Below are positions 1 to 13,239 of a stretch of DNA of 64,000 bases, in pieces. Source of the stretch: Hemiscyllium ocellatum (lineage: Eukaryota). The notes under the pieces were generated by a model. The model was not told the DNA's origin and ran no database searches. It saw only the letters and a list, made by a program, of their open reading frames with translations. Within the stretch, counting starts at the first letter, position 1. Each line of letters starts with the position of its first letter. Location: NCBI RefSeq assembly GCF_020745735.1, contig NW_026867526.1:908416-972415 (forward strand). The letters run 5' to 3'. Made by a program: the position numbers and the translations under genes.

Positions 1-575
1 GCCGCTTACTTGCGGAACGCTTCAGAGAACACCTCCGGGCCGCCCGAACCAACCAACCCAATCACCCCGTGGCTCAACACTTTAACTCTCCCTCCCACTC
101 CACCGAGGACATGCAGGTCCTTGGACTCCTCCACCGGCAGAACATAACAACACGACGGCTGGAGGAGGAGAGCCTCATCTTCCGCCTGGGAACCCTCCAA
201 CCACAAGGTATGAATTCAGATTTCTCCAGTTTCCTCATTTCCCCTCCCCCCACCTTGTCTCAGTCGGTTCCCTCAACTCAGCACCGCCCTCCTAACCTGC
301 AATCCTCTTCCTGACCTCTCCGCCCCCACCCCACTCCGGCCTATCACCCTCACCTTGACGTCCTTCCACCTATCCCACCTCCATCGCCTCTCCCCCTAGT
401 CCCTCCTCCCTACCTTTTATCTTAGCCTGCTTGGCTACTCTCTCTTATTCCTGATGAAGGGCTTATGCTCGAAACGTCGAATTCTCTATTCCTGAGATGC
501 TGCCTGGCCTGCTGTGCTTTGACCAGCAACACATTTGCAGCTGTGATCTCCAGCATCTGCAGACCTCATTTTTTA
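1..575 (+). mobile_element. Penelope-like retroelement 3' fragment (GIY-YIG C-terminal region plus terminal repeat with hammerhead-like motif)
   Basis: ORF 69-314 'AQHFNSPSHSTEDMQVLGLLHRQNITTRRLEEESLIFRLGTLQPQGMNSDFS' resembles the C-terminal part of the PLE GIY-YIG endonuclease. It is followed by CTGATGA..GAAA (451-474) and the tail shared by many copies in this window. Confidence 0.8.
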
Positions 576-2193
576 CTGCCCAGGTCTTGCCTACATCGCT
601 GTACCTCCAGAGTACTTTCCTTTTATTTTGATGAGTTCAAGTTAATCTCACCCGCCGTTTTGTACTTGTCAACCATTTGTTAACGGGTGTTTGCTGTTTC
701 AGAATGTAGGTTGCCTTATTGTGTACGTTCTCAGAGTTCAGTGTTTGGAGTCCTTGTTGTTCCAACCTGTGCCTTGGTCTCTAATGCAAAATTACAGAAA
801 AATATTAACAGCAATTTAAGGTAAAATGTTAGGATATTGGCAAACAGCATAGAGCATCAAGTTTGACAGAGGGGTTGTGGGAAAGGACATGGAAAGCAGC
901 AGGGTTTCCAGAACTTCTGATCTCTGCCTCCTCTGATCGAAATCAACCTGTGATTGATCATTTTTTGAGGATTGTTATTCATTAATATTGGTGTGTCAGA
1001 TAGATCTCCGTCTCAGGGAGGGGTGACGTGCTTCTTTGTTTTGTGATGACCTCAGGGGAACATACAATAGTAAGGGGGTAAACCCAAAGGGGGTGAAGGA
1101 GCAGAGGATCCTCCATGTGTATGTGCACAAATCAGGGAATGGACCATGACACGTGGACAGAAGAGCAAATAAACCCTACTTCATCAATAACACCGCAGAG
1201 AACAAACACAAAGCAATTATGTTACACTGAAATCAAACAGTCTCTTGTCTCACCTGGAATATTGCAGCTAGTTTCAGGTGCCACATTTTTGACAAAATGT
1301 GAAGTTATGAGATTGGGTGTGTGACTGATTCACAACACTATTCCCGGGATGATACACCTCACCAACTCTGAGAAATTGAGAATGTTCTCCTCTGCTGATA
1401 GTTCCCAGACTCTGTGAACTGTTGCTATGATTGGTTCTCAATTCCATCTTGCGTCATATAGATCCCAATGGCTGAATATTCCAGGGACTCATGAGCTCTG
1501 ACTTGTCTGATCAACATCGACCACTGATTTATTATTTTTGAGGGTTGCTGTTCAGTAATATCCCTGTATCAGATAGATCCCAGTCTCATTCCCTGGGATT
1601 TGACAGGTGTGGTGTGTCAAATAGATCCCAGGAATTGTGCTCCATGAGATTTATGTGTGAGAAAATCTCCAGTTCTGAGAATCCGCCCTTGGATTGTGCA
1701 CGTGTTGTGTCTGACTACCTGACTGAGCGTTGACATTTTTGGCTGATGCATGTTTTGTTGGGCGTTTTAGGTGGCGATTTATGCATTACTAACCCAGGCT
1801 GTCCGGACATTGGGAGTACATGTAGTTTAGACGGTGTAGAGTAAACTTTCAAACTCCTTTGCCTGCCTTTTATAGGCTTCTGGTGGAGCAAAGCTCCTAA
1901 TTTGTATCATTACGTGACCAGAGGCCGTGACCCTTGGTGCATAAGAGGAAATGTTCTCTAATCATTCTGCCTCTGGAGTGTTCCATCAGGCATATCGTGT
2001 GAAAGATGTATTTACATTAGTGGGCGGCATGGCAGCGCAACATTAAACTAAATGACTGGATGAAACACAATCAAACAGAACAAGTGAAAGTATTTGGCTG
2101 GGAAAGGAGTAGGATGTGGGAAAATGTATGATTACTGACTGGCCTTGAAGAAAGAATGAAGCAAACTCAAGGTTAGTGCATATTCATTCGAGA

Positions 2194-2199
2194 TTTATT
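2194..2199 (-). promoter_or_regulatory. Candidate polyadenylation signal (AATAAA) for membrane-form mu mRNA
   Basis: Plus-strand tttatt at 2194-2199 reads AATAAA on minus, ~430 bp downstream of the TM2 stop. Confidence 0.4.
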
Positions 2200-2628
2200 A
2201 ACCATTTCAGAAAGCATTTTTATCCAAAACGTTGATGTAAAAGCTAACAGAAGTGAATATAATGGCTGGTTGCCACATTGAGACGAGAACACATGCGCTG
2301 TGAGGTGGGAATTTTCTGTACATCAGTAACAGTCACAAGAAAGGGAATACAAAGGCTCATCAGAAAGGGTAGGCAACCATTCTGAGTAAGGAACAAATAA
2401 AAACAAAACAAATGGGCTTCAAACAACAGGGAAGCTACAAATTCTTCCAACCACAACCATCTCAAAGATATCAAAGTAAAAACAAAAATCCATCAATAAT
2501 TGTCTCAGTTACACACTGATAAACTGAAGTGATCTCACTGTTAGAGTCAGCAACAGGACAGATTGTAGATTGGGAATTCAGAGACCTTGATAAGCAGATC
2601 AGGAAAATCAAAGGGGTCCACAATTCAT

Positions 2629-2637
2629 TCACTTAAC
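2629..2637 (-). CDS. IGHM: IgM TM2 exon coding part (Val-Lys-stop; completes the KVK cytoplasmic tail)
   Basis: Minus strand ctctcttttccag|GTT AAG TGA: polypyrimidine tract, AG acceptor and phase 0 matching TM1. Confidence 0.9.
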   Translation of the reverse strand, partial: VK

Positions 2638-2776
2638 CTGGAAAAGAGAGAGAAAGCAATGACGCAGATATTTATGATCAGGGACTTTCAGATTTAATGT
2701 TTATTCAATGGCACACTTAGAGATTTCACAAAACATATTGGACTGTTTGGCGTGAGAAAGATGTGATTATTCTCAC

Positions 2777-2904
2777 CTTCACCAGAGTGACGGCAGCGCT
2801 GTAGAAAATACTCAGGAAGAACAAGGTGATGAACGTGGAAGCAGTTGTCCAGATGTTGCTGTTATCATCGTCATAGTCTTCAATCCAAGTGCGATCTATT
2901 GAAT
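2777..2904 (-). CDS. IGHM: IgM TM1 exon (extracellular spacer plus transmembrane helix)
   Basis: Encodes (D)SIDRTWIEDYDDDNSNIWTTASTFITLFFLSIFYSAAVTLVK with the conserved antigen-receptor TM pattern. Acceptor ttcatag| at 2905; donor AAG|gtgaga at 2776. Confidence 0.95.
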
Positions 2905-5633
2905 CTATGAATATAAAGCCGAGAGAATGCATTTAGATCGTTTATTGATCCAGATCGATCTATGTGCATCCAAGTCATGTAATTAGAGACCATTACATCT
3001 TCATAAAGCAGTCAGGTATTTCTCAAGTGTGACTCTTATCTGTATCCATCAGTGCATTATTGACTCTCAGCAAGAAATTACAAATACGAACTGCACATGT
3101 TCTTTCTTCATTGTCCATGTCAGAACGTTTTAAATTATTTTTCTTTTAATCTATTATTTAAGGATATTATTATTTGAGGAATGCTTATTACAAATGATTA
3201 TTTTAATTATATCATTATATTTTAAATTTAGGCTGTGACAGCACTTTAGTTGAAAATTGTGGCCATCACTGAATAAAAGTTCAAATGTGATTCTCACCTT
3301 TATGTATTGGTGACCAATTGCTTGGCAAATCGTGAATATAAGTGACATCACAGTCAGGACATTGCTTCACATTTTTGTTTGTAGGATCTGTATATTTAGG
3401 AATAAGTTTTTGTACATGTGTCCCTTAATTTATTTGACCTACTGCTTGGTGTGTTTGGTTTCCCTTTAATGTTTGTGTATGTGGTTATGAGAGTCTCTTC
3501 CTTCACTCTTGCCCATGTTGGAGTCTGTGCATGAATAAACATATTCCTGTTCCTTTACTGCTGGTGTGCTCATGTGTTTGGGCACCGAAATTTTGGTCTG
3601 TTCACATTGTGTAAGCATCATCATGCTAATATGCCATTTTGTTGCTGCCTATGCTTATCTTGTAATGTCTTTGTGAGTGTTCACTTTTCATTAGTGCTAT
3701 CTAAAATGTGTGCTTATGTGTCTGTTTCAGGTCCTACCTAAACGAGGTTATTTTCATGGTGATGCTTAATAAATGTTAGCATGCAATGTTATGTTTTGAT
3801 GGATGTTTATATTTATATGACGATGTTTGCTTGTGTGGCAATCTTTCCCAAACCATCTCCTGAGAAGCTTGTTTGTGTTACTGTGTGTGGATGCTTGCTG
3901 ATGCTTGTGCCCATTCTCCTTATTTAATAAACGCCCCCCTATTTGTTGATCTATGCACTTGTGTGTCTGCATGTGAGACTCTGAATTTGTGTGTACGTGT
4001 GACATTGTATACATGCTGATCAATGTGGTTTAAAAATAACTAATTAAGCTGCCTCTGTCATCATATATTTGTGATTCTGAAAATGGGAAAATAATGATAT
4101 TAATATTTATCTCTGTGCACTTACGTGCCTGTATGAGTTGACATGTGGGAGGACATTTTTCGGAATTTGTATCTGTGTGTTCATGCGTGTATGTCTGTAC
4201 GCATTGTGCTGTATGAATGTATATGTATTCATGCCCATTTGAGTGTTACCGTGTGTCTATATTTCTCATGGTTATGTGTGAGTACCCCTGTTCATTTGTG
4301 CAAATAATTTTCTTTCGGTGTATGTGAGTTTTTGTATGAGCTTAGGTGGGTGTTCAAGTACCACTTGCATGTGTGGCTCTGTGCGAGTATGCGTGTGTGA
4401 CATCTTATCTATATGCACATTTGAGTGTGCACATAAATATGTGTCTTTAGGTGAGAGCCCATATATGTGTCATTACGTGTGTATTTGCGATCATCTCTCT
4501 GTATCTGTTCTTATACCAGACTGCAATTTTTATTATACTATTTTATTGTTCTAATTTTAATGGATTGCCCATAATTAGATTTGACCTTGGTGTTGTAGGA
4601 AACATTTCCCATCGTCGTGGAGAGATAAGCGTTTTATGAGCAACTCTTCTGTTGCAGTGATAGAATTGCTGTCTCTGAGAGAAAAGGTGTGAGTTCAAAT
4701 CCCCACTGCCCCAGAGATAACATTTCTGAATATGTTTATTAGAAAATGTCTACTTGTGTTCTGTATGTGAAACAAAATGATATCAGGTATTCGAATACCA
4801 GAATTGATCCCATGTGCTCCAGAAAACTGAGACAAAACTATGGAATTCAAGCCGGGACGATGCAAACACCAGTTTTGGATTATGGGAATCGATGTTAATC
4901 ATTTGTTAACAGAGCCAAGCGTGTCCAACATGTTTCAAAGGTATTATTTTGCAAGGAAATGTTCAATCTTTGGACAGTAAGCAAGGAGCTGACTGTTCCT
5001 GTTAGTAACGGGGTTACATTACAGAGGACATCGACCATGAAAACTCTGCACAGGGAGCAAGAGGACAGACCATTCATCGTTCCCCTCCCCTCTGCTCCAC
5101 GACAACTTATCTGTCGATTCTCTTTGGTGTGAAAGTGAAGATACATTCTGTCAACTCATGCGCTGGCGCAAGATCCCTGGCAGTTCCCCAGAAACAAAGG
5201 TTACATTCAAACTGTTCTGCCCTCTTTACGATTGGTATGTTCCAATCAAATTTAATTTTAAAGTGTCTTAAATTTACATTTCCAATTGGTGCAATGTGGC
5301 AGTTGAAAACTGACATGAATTTTGTAAGAATGTCCAATGGGGGGAATCAAGAACACCAAGTTCAAACCTCGTGCTCTACCCTTGACATAAAATGGACAGT
5401 GTCAGATTTTGTCACAGAGGGACTAAAGATGGATAAGGGACTTGGTGGAATCCTGCAATGAGTGAGCTTTACTCTGTCTCTGACCCAGGGTGTATCTGAG
5501 CAGAGAACATTAACTGCACAAGACCCTTGTCCTAGACCTGTTAATTATCCACTTTAACTACACCGATGTAATGTAAGTCAGAGTGAGAAACAACTAATTC
5601 AGTATTTACCTCACAACTGGAGGGAAAAGAAAC

Positions 5634-5639
5634 TTTATT
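5634..5639 (-). promoter_or_regulatory. Polyadenylation signal (AATAAA) for secretory mu mRNA
   Basis: tttatt at 5634-5639, about 37 bp downstream of the secretory stop. A second AATAAA overlaps the stop itself (5675-5680). Confidence 0.65.
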
Positions 5640-5675
5640 ACTTCTGTTGAATTGTTAAATGCAACTTTGAGATTT

Positions 5676-6067
5676 TTATTGACATGAATTAACAGTGTCC
5701 ATCAGTGCAAGTGAAATGTTTACGAAACTCGGTTTACCGCTGGATTTATCGACTGTTCTGTTGATGATCTTCAATGGAATCGCTTCATGTCCCGCCACAC
5801 AGGAGTAAGAAGCACCGCTGGCCCACTCCTCCGCTGTAATGGATAACAGGCTGTAGATGAAGAAGGAAGTGTTGTCACTCTCCGCCATCACCTCGGTGTT
5901 CTTGTAGTTACTGGGATTCACCGGCTTGTCATTGTTTGTCCACTTGACGAAGATCTCTCGGGGGGAGAAACCTCTCACTAAACAGGTGAGGGAGAGAAAC
6001 CTCTGAGCGGAGATTTCTTCTGTTGGTGGCAGGAGGACCGACACTGATGGCTCCAGCGGATTAATCA
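5676..6067 (-). CDS. IGHM: IgM CH4 exon plus secretory tailpiece (internal donor after 5738 for the membrane form)
   Basis: (V)[74 protein letters not shown]: C1-set Cys/Trp/Cys, tailpiece with NIS sequon and penultimate Cys. Acceptor ctgcag| at 6068; internal donor AGC G|gtaaac at 5737. Confidence 0.97.
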
Positions 6068-6522
6068 CTGCAGAATATTTGAGACAAATATAAATCAACC
6101 AAAAACATCCTGAACCAATATCACAATTACACTAAATATTAAAATATGCCATTTTTAATTTGGGATTTATTCACTTTCCTTTTCTAAAGGAGCAGTATGG
6201 TACACATTCTGTTCAGTAAAAAAAGTAAAGTTTAATGTGAAAGTTGCCTCCATGTTTCCAGCCCACAACAAGGGCATTCTGTCCAACTGTCATTGCTGAT
6301 GGTGACATCACAACCCAGGTTACTTCCCACCTTTTCTGACTTAATCAGAATACAATATCCTTTGGTCCATCTTTTTCTTAATCAGCTACTTAGCTATCCT
6401 GCCTTCAGATGCATCATTAATGCTCCCAACGGTGTTTGTTCATTACCAATCAAAGCCTGCCATTGATGTAACTGGATCTGGATTCCACATGGGATGCTTT
6501 GTGTTTTAATCTCACCGCTCAC

Positions 6523-6831
6523 CTTTCTCCTTGTGGATGGAGTCTCTCAGTGGAGTCGGTAGATTCTGATGGTACACCACACATTCAAAAGTAACGCCAC
6601 TCAGCCAGGCTTCAGTAGAAATGTCTAATTTGCTGATCACGCTGTCGGGATTCTGTCCAGGCTGGTCAGCAATCTCGGATTTCAGAGGCTTCTTTTCTTG
6701 TTTCCAGGTCACGTTGACTCCAGAAGGAAGATTGGACACAACGCAGGTTAACGTCACCGTCGCCTCCAGTAAGACTTGTTCTACTGGCGGTGGGAGGATT
6801 TTAACGGTGTGTGGGTGGCACTCGGTATCTT
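6523..6831 (-). CDS. IGHM: IgM CH3 exon
   Basis: (E)[57 protein letters not shown]; 309 bp; acceptor tttcatag|, donor G|gtgag. Confidence 0.96.
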
Positions 6832-8797
6832 CTATGAAACAAAAATCAAAGTCAATGAAAAATGCCCCTTTATGATACAAACACCCAATCTTCAGATTAC
6901 TTCTTCACAGGGTGAAGACACCACCTTCAAAATGGCAACTCCAACCATTGCTGAAACAATGCTTACTATTGTTGATGTATTTTGATTTGTGAAAGCATTT
7001 GTGATTACCTATGACATACCCTGTGTCATTATTCCTAAAGAACACTGACTTTGTAACAAGTGACACCTGTGAAAAAAGTAAAATCATCGAAGATACCATT
7101 ATGTAACCCATGGAATTACCTTTCTTTCAGAATTTGTCTCTCACTTAAGACCATCTATTGATATTTGTGACAAGAGTAATCTGAATAGAATGAGTTCAAT
7201 TCCTTGTTCATAACCCTTAGGTGCAAGTGTTGCTGGTCACGCTGACTGCCAAATCACATCCCAAATTTCGGACAAATTATAATAAATAATTATTCTCTTT
7301 GCAGATTTCTAAAGTGTTACAGGAGCGGTGAATAGCCATGGAAATTCTGTTCATTATATTTAACGTGATCAAAAATACTTTGCGTTATTGGTGTGATGTC
7401 ATTCTCTAATTTATGTCATTGTTCCTCGTGGGCTGAGTTTGGAGTAGATCTGAAAACAAGGCACTGAGTACAGCATTGGATATCGAGAAGGACACCCATC
7501 TCCTTAAGTCTTTCCCTCCATTCAGTTCGTTCATGACTGGTTTGTACTTTCACTTTATTTACCAAGCTGCATTTTTAAAATTTCTTCATAGAGCAGGGGA
7601 GAAAAAAAACAAACAAAAGCATCTTAAATTAATCTACAAACGTGATGGAAATGTACACTAATTTTATTGACATCCACTACCCACTGTGTAAACATCACCA
7701 CCCCAAACCAGGCTAAATCAGCCTGTCTGGAGTTCCTCGTTCATTCATCCCTATTGTAGCATTCTTACCAGAATTTATTCTCCTCCCTCATCCACTACTT
7801 ACAGAGAGCATCTTAAAGAAGCTCAGTGAGACCACGTTTATCCCAGTTCATCAAATGTGATACCCACTTGGTCTGTGGTCTGATCCCATAAATGTAGTTA
7901 AAGAGCTCAGTACCAGATAAAAATCGATGTCGTACAATGTCCAAGGCCAACAGGTCATTCCTGATCAGGGAATGAAGCATTGAACGCATTCTGATTTATT
8001 TTCAAGTAAGGTCACTGCATATTTTAACCACATCATTTTGAGACCACAACATCATAAGATAGAGGATCAGAATAAGGCTGTTCGGCCAATCCAGAGTTTA
8101 GATCAGAGTGATGCTGGAAAAGCACAGCAGGTCAGGCAGCATCCGACGAGCACGAAAATCGACGTTTCGGGCTAAAGCCGTTCTACTGTCTTCTCCCCAC
8201 ACTAAACAAGAGCCGAACTATCTCTGGCTTGAATATACACAATGGCCTGGTCTCCACAGCCCTCTGCAGCAACAAGTTCCACAGATTCATCACCCTCTGG
8301 CTGAAGAAATTCCTCCCCATCTCAGTTCTAAACGGTGCCCCTTTGACCCTGAGACTGTGCCCTTGGGTCCTAGTCTCGCCTACCAGTCAAAACATCTATT
8401 CCACGTTCACTCGACCTCAGTCTCTCAGTATTTTTTATGTTTCAATTAGATATCTCTCCAATATCCCCCCTCCACCCCCAAACTTATCCTTGAAGCCACT
8501 ACCAGGCAAGGATTCAGCACTCTGAATGCCTCTCCCAGCATGGTCAGGCAACAAACTATTTAACAAAGCTCACTGTCTATATATCTATCTTCAACAGAGA
8601 GGAAACATGCTTTTCTGACTTGCCAAAATGTTGAATTATGAGCAATGCTAATGTAACACTCAAACTGAAATGAGATACGTGACATGTTGGGAAACGAGAA
8701 GCTGTACCTTGCTGTTTACTACGCCTGATAAATTAGTGTGTTTGATTCACATCAGAGTTCAGAGTGATTTGTAGCTCTCTCAGTATGTGTCTCTTAC

Positions 8798-9109
8798 CCT
8801 GGAGTGCGGTGATGTTTTTACTTTGAATGTTGTCTTCATGAGTGACCTGGCAGGTATAGACTGCGCTGTTGTACCATTCACCATAAGGGACTATCAGCCG
8901 ACTCGTCACCGAGAAGTTCCCGTTCGCCTCACACACGGGAGACGTGAAGAAGCCAGAATCCAAGAGTCGGCCATTTTTCAACCAACTCACGGAGATTGAC
9001 TTCGGATGGAAATCGATGATTGAACAGACAATGGTTGCAAACTTGCTGCTTGCGATTTCTTCACTGGAGCTCACAGTTAGGAGAAGAGTTGGTGGGAGAG
9101 GACCTGTAC
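8798..9109 (-). CDS. IGHM: IgM CH2 exon
   Basis: (G)[71 protein letters not shown]; 312 bp; acceptor cctaaag|, donor G|gtaag. Confidence 0.96.
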
Positions 9110-9389
9110 CTTTAGGAAACACATCGCATAAATTATCTGATGAATTTCATAACAAATACAATCAGTTCTCATATATCAAGGTTTCTTGTGGTTAATGGAT
9201 ACGAGAATCATAATTGTGCAGAGTGCTGGAGAAGCTGGGATCCACACAGAAAGATCAGCAGGACAATGTGAAAAGCTAAAATTATAGGGCACAGCAAGGG
9301 AGTCAAGGAGGCATAAAAACGATAGGCCGGTAACATCAGAAGGGAGATAGCAATGTTGGATGGTAATCGTTTTAATGACAGAGTCTGAT

Positions 9390-12130
9390 GAACAAGGCAG
9401 ATGAAATACCGCCATAAATGAGGAAATGATGCGATTGCTATCACGGAGACATATTGAGAGCCGGGCAGGAGTGGCTATTCAATATTCCAGGATTTAGTGC
9501 CTTCAGGCGAGACAGGGAAAGATGGAAAAGGATGGAGGCGGGGGTTTGCGGCACAGAATGTTGCTTCTGTCGCAATTCTTACAAGAGTATTTTAGGCTGT
9601 AAAGAGAAATGAAATCATGGATACCTCCTCGAACAAAGGCAAATGGACAGTGCTTCAAAACCAAAATACAGCAAACATAACTACTGGGAGAGCACGACAG
9701 ACCTTACTATAGGTCCAAAAGACCAAGTGCAAAGACATGGGCAAATTTCAGAGAAATGTTAATTAAATAGGGGAATGAGAAAAGAGGTTTTTAACTTCCT
9801 CAGCATAGGCTTGGATACTCATTGTGTCAAAAGTTGAGAGGGAGCACAATTCTGAAAATGCCCCCAGGAGAATATTTTAACAAAGTATGTGTTAATACAG
9901 AGAATTTTAATCCAGACCTTGCAAGAAAGGGGTGAACCTGGACTTAACTTTTGGAAATGAAGTCGACCCAGTGGGTAAAACATCAATGGTGGTGCACTTT
10001 GCAGACAGTGATTGTAAATCAGTTGGATTTCAGATTGTACTGCAAAGGAATGGAAATTGTCCCAAAGTTATGAAAAGGGGAAGGACAATTTTAGTAAGAT
10101 TAGGTAATGGCTTAACCAGAGTGGATTGGAAGCTGACACTTATTGGTAAATCTGAGTCAGAGCAGTGTGACACATTTAAGAAAGAGATAGGAAAATCACA
10201 GGGAGGACATTTCCCAGGAAGCCACTGAATGGGACCAAGAATGTAGCGGGCTCTGGACACCAAAGGGCATGGAGGGTGAGATAAAGAGAAACAAGGGAGG
10301 CTTCTGATCTATACTGAAATCTCAAAACAGTGGAAATTAGTATGGAGTACAGAACGTGCAAGGCAAAAGGGATTAGAAGAGCAAAAGGGACCATGAGAAA
10401 ATAATAGCAGTCAAAATAAAGGAAAATATTTTTCAAACTTACAGGCTCATTCATAATAAAAGAATGATTCGGGAAACAGTAATGCCCATTAAGTGTTATT
10501 ATTGGAGTGGAGTCGGAGGATTAGGTTGTGGTCAAAATGAATGTGTTGTGTCAGTGTTCACTAGTAAGACGGACAATGTGGGGACAGAAATCATGGAGGG
10601 GTGTTGTGATGTACTTTCAGAAATTAGGACACATGACGTGATGTTCTGTGTTGTCTTGCTGAATGAAAAGTGGTTATATTTCCAGGGCAGATGAAAAGTA
10701 TACCAAGCGGTTGAGCGATGCAAAGGATGAAATAGTTGGGTCGCTGACAATAATTTAGAATTACTGCCTGGCCACAGCAGTTGTGCCAAGTGAGTGTAGA
10801 TCAGCCAACGTTGCACTGTTACGCAGGACAAAGGAAGGGGTAAATAATGAAAACACAGATCTGTCAAGCTAGTCCCAGTGGTAGGGAAACTATTGAAAAG
10901 TGAAATTAGTCTTCATTTGGAAGATAAACCAACAATTTTCAGCATGGTTTTATTGAGAGAAAGTCATGTGTAACAATTTGATAGTAGTTTTCAGAGAGAT
11001 AACTCGATGTCCAGATGATAGCAATAATCAGAGCCAATGGGATCCGAGTTAATTTGACAGATTGGATCTCAAACTGGCTGAGTGATGGGAGCAGGGGGTA
11101 ATAGTCATTGGGTGTCTGCGTGACTGGAAATCTATGTCTCCTGGTGTTCTGTAGGGATTGGGGTTGATTTCTTTGTTATTTCTCTTACATACCAATGATT
11201 GAGACTCAAATTTAGGAGGATTAACCAGTGAATTCACAGATGAAATGAAAACTGTCATGTTGTTAAGTCATGAGCATTATGGCTTTAGATTGCAGGAGGA
11301 TATAAAAGGGTTGGTTGTATGTGAAGAGAAGTTGCAAATGGAAATTATTCTGGATAAATGTAAGGTGATGTAATTCGGCAGAAGAATCTGTGAGGTGTGA
11401 CGTTTTGAATGGTGGAACCCTGGAAAGGCCTGAGGATCTTTGGTGCATGTACCCACCGATCCCCTATAGTACTGTGTCGTCTGGATAAAGAGACTAAAAA
11501 GGTGGGAGGATATTTGCTTTTATTAGCCTAGACATTGACAATGAAGAACAGGGAGATAATACTGGAACTTCATAGAACACTGGTTAGGCCATATTGAAGC
11601 ATTGTGTGCATGTTATCGAAGGAATGTGATTACACTGAAGGCAGTATTGATTAGATTTGCCAGGATCTTGCCTGGGTTGGAGGGTTTTAGTTATGAAACT
11701 AGATGAGATAGACAGGGGTTTTCCTTGGAGCAGAGGAGAGTTAGGGAGAAGATTATCATGATGTCTAGAATTATTTTAGGCATAGACTGGGTAAACTGGA
11801 TGAAACCTTTCCCCTTGATGGAGAGATCAATGCCTCAGGGGCACAGGGTGAAGGTAAGGCCAGGAGGTTCCAAGTGGATCTCAGGGGAAAACAAAATCAA
11901 ACAGAGGGTGGTGTTAGCCTGGAGCTCAGCACCTATAAGTCATGTAGAAACTGAGCCCCTCATAATAAGTATGAAGTATTGAGATGCATCCTTGCAAGGG
12001 CAAGTCACACAAGGCAATGGATCATGTGCTGGCACATGGGACTGGAATAGTTAGGTGGCTGTTATTGATAGGCTAAACTGGATGGATCAAAGGGCCTTTT
12101 TCCTGTGCTGTATAAGGTGATTCTGTGAAA
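9390..12130 (+). mobile_element. Degenerate CR1-type LINE filling most of the CH1-CH2 intron, antisense to IgM
   Basis: Broken endonuclease/RT-like peptides (e.g. 9932-10228 'LDLTFGNE..HFADSD', like the CR1 'LDLVLGNE..HFGDSDH' at 63135-63548) and a CR1-like 3' end near 12060-12130. Many stops and frameshifts. Confidence 0.7.
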
Positions 12131-12201
12131 ATGGTTATAAATAATGCCTTACTCATATTAATCCCAGATGCTCTGTTTATCTCAGTTCCCACAATACGTA
12201 C

Positions 12202-12510
12202 CACATGGCATTTCTTTGCTCTTGTGTGAGTGTGACCCGCTGTGTTCAACCTCACAGTAGATTTTGCTGGGGCAATCTACCGCTGACCCGGGCAGGGTTA
12301 ACTGGCTGCTCAGGGTGTAGGTTCCCTTCTTGTTTCTCACTGATGGGTAAGTCTTCAATCCATCCGTGATTAGCTCCCCACCTTTCTTCCAGGTTACCTT
12401 GGTGACGTCAGGGGAATAGTCCATCACCAAACAACCAAAGATTGTCGAATCGGTGTTGTGCTCCTCACAGGAGGAGACCAGGCCATAAAGCGTGGGGGAA
12501 GATGGTGTCT
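12202..12510 (-). CDS. IGHM: IgM CH1 exon
   Basis: (E)[72 protein letters not shown]; 309 bp; acceptor ctattgtag|, donor G|gtacgt; phase matches the J trailing G. Confidence 0.96.
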
Positions 12511-12861
12511 CTACAATAGAATGACCAATTGAGCATGTTAGTTTCTGTTAATTTGACCTTATCAGTTACTCAAATGTATCCTCAGCTGTCACCATTTGCC
12601 AGTATGCTCCCGCTGAAGTCTACAGCATAACTGGAGTTTATTTTTGTTTCCTACCAGTTGCTGATCATGATCATTGGTTCCCTCTTTAGAAACATGCCCT
12701 CGACCTTGGCCATTGCCATATCATTTCGAAAGAAGAACATCCTGATCCCACCCCAGGAACTGTTTGAAAATCTCACCAACTGACACTTTCATTGGATTGC
12801 TGTGAAGAGCAGAGAAGTTTCACAAAATACAAACCAAGGAAATGCAGATTCATCGAAATTC

Positions 12862-13172
12862 TACAGTGTGTGCAAACAGGCCATTTGGACCAACAAGTCC
12901 ACACCCACCCTCTGAAAAGAAACACATCCAGACCCATTCCCCTACCCTATTATGCTACAGTTAACCCTGACTAATGCACCTAACCTCCCAATCACTGAAC
13001 ACAACATTTGCAATTCCCCCAGCTTGTACATCTTTGGACTGTGGGAGAAAATGCACACAGATATGGGGAGGAAGTGCTAACTCTACACAGACAGTCACCC
13101 GAGGCTGGAATGGAACCCGAGTCCCTAGCACTGTGAGGCAGCAGCGCTAACCACAGAACCAGCATGCCGCCC
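12862..13172 (-). mobile_element. tRNA-derived SINE (HE1-like), diverged copy
   Basis: Aligns by eye to the intact copy at 58860-59175 (gcatgccgccc head; gaaacaggcc..ccaacaagtccacac 3' part). Confidence 0.75.
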
Positions 13173-13239
13173 CACTAGGTACCCTGCTGCTGGAAATACC
13201 CAACAGCTGGCAGTACCCCCGGAGAGAAATCAGAGTGAA

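Noticed and set aside
3450-4500. TG-rich stretch in the CH4-TM1 intron with short ORFs (4318-4554, 3766-4023) as extra exons
   Set aside because: Low-complexity decayed (TG)n sequence with no Ig or TM features and no convincing splice pair.
5107-5461. ORFs between CH4 and TM1 as an additional C domain or alternative TM exon
   Set aside because: No C1-set Cys/Trp pattern or hydrophobic helix.
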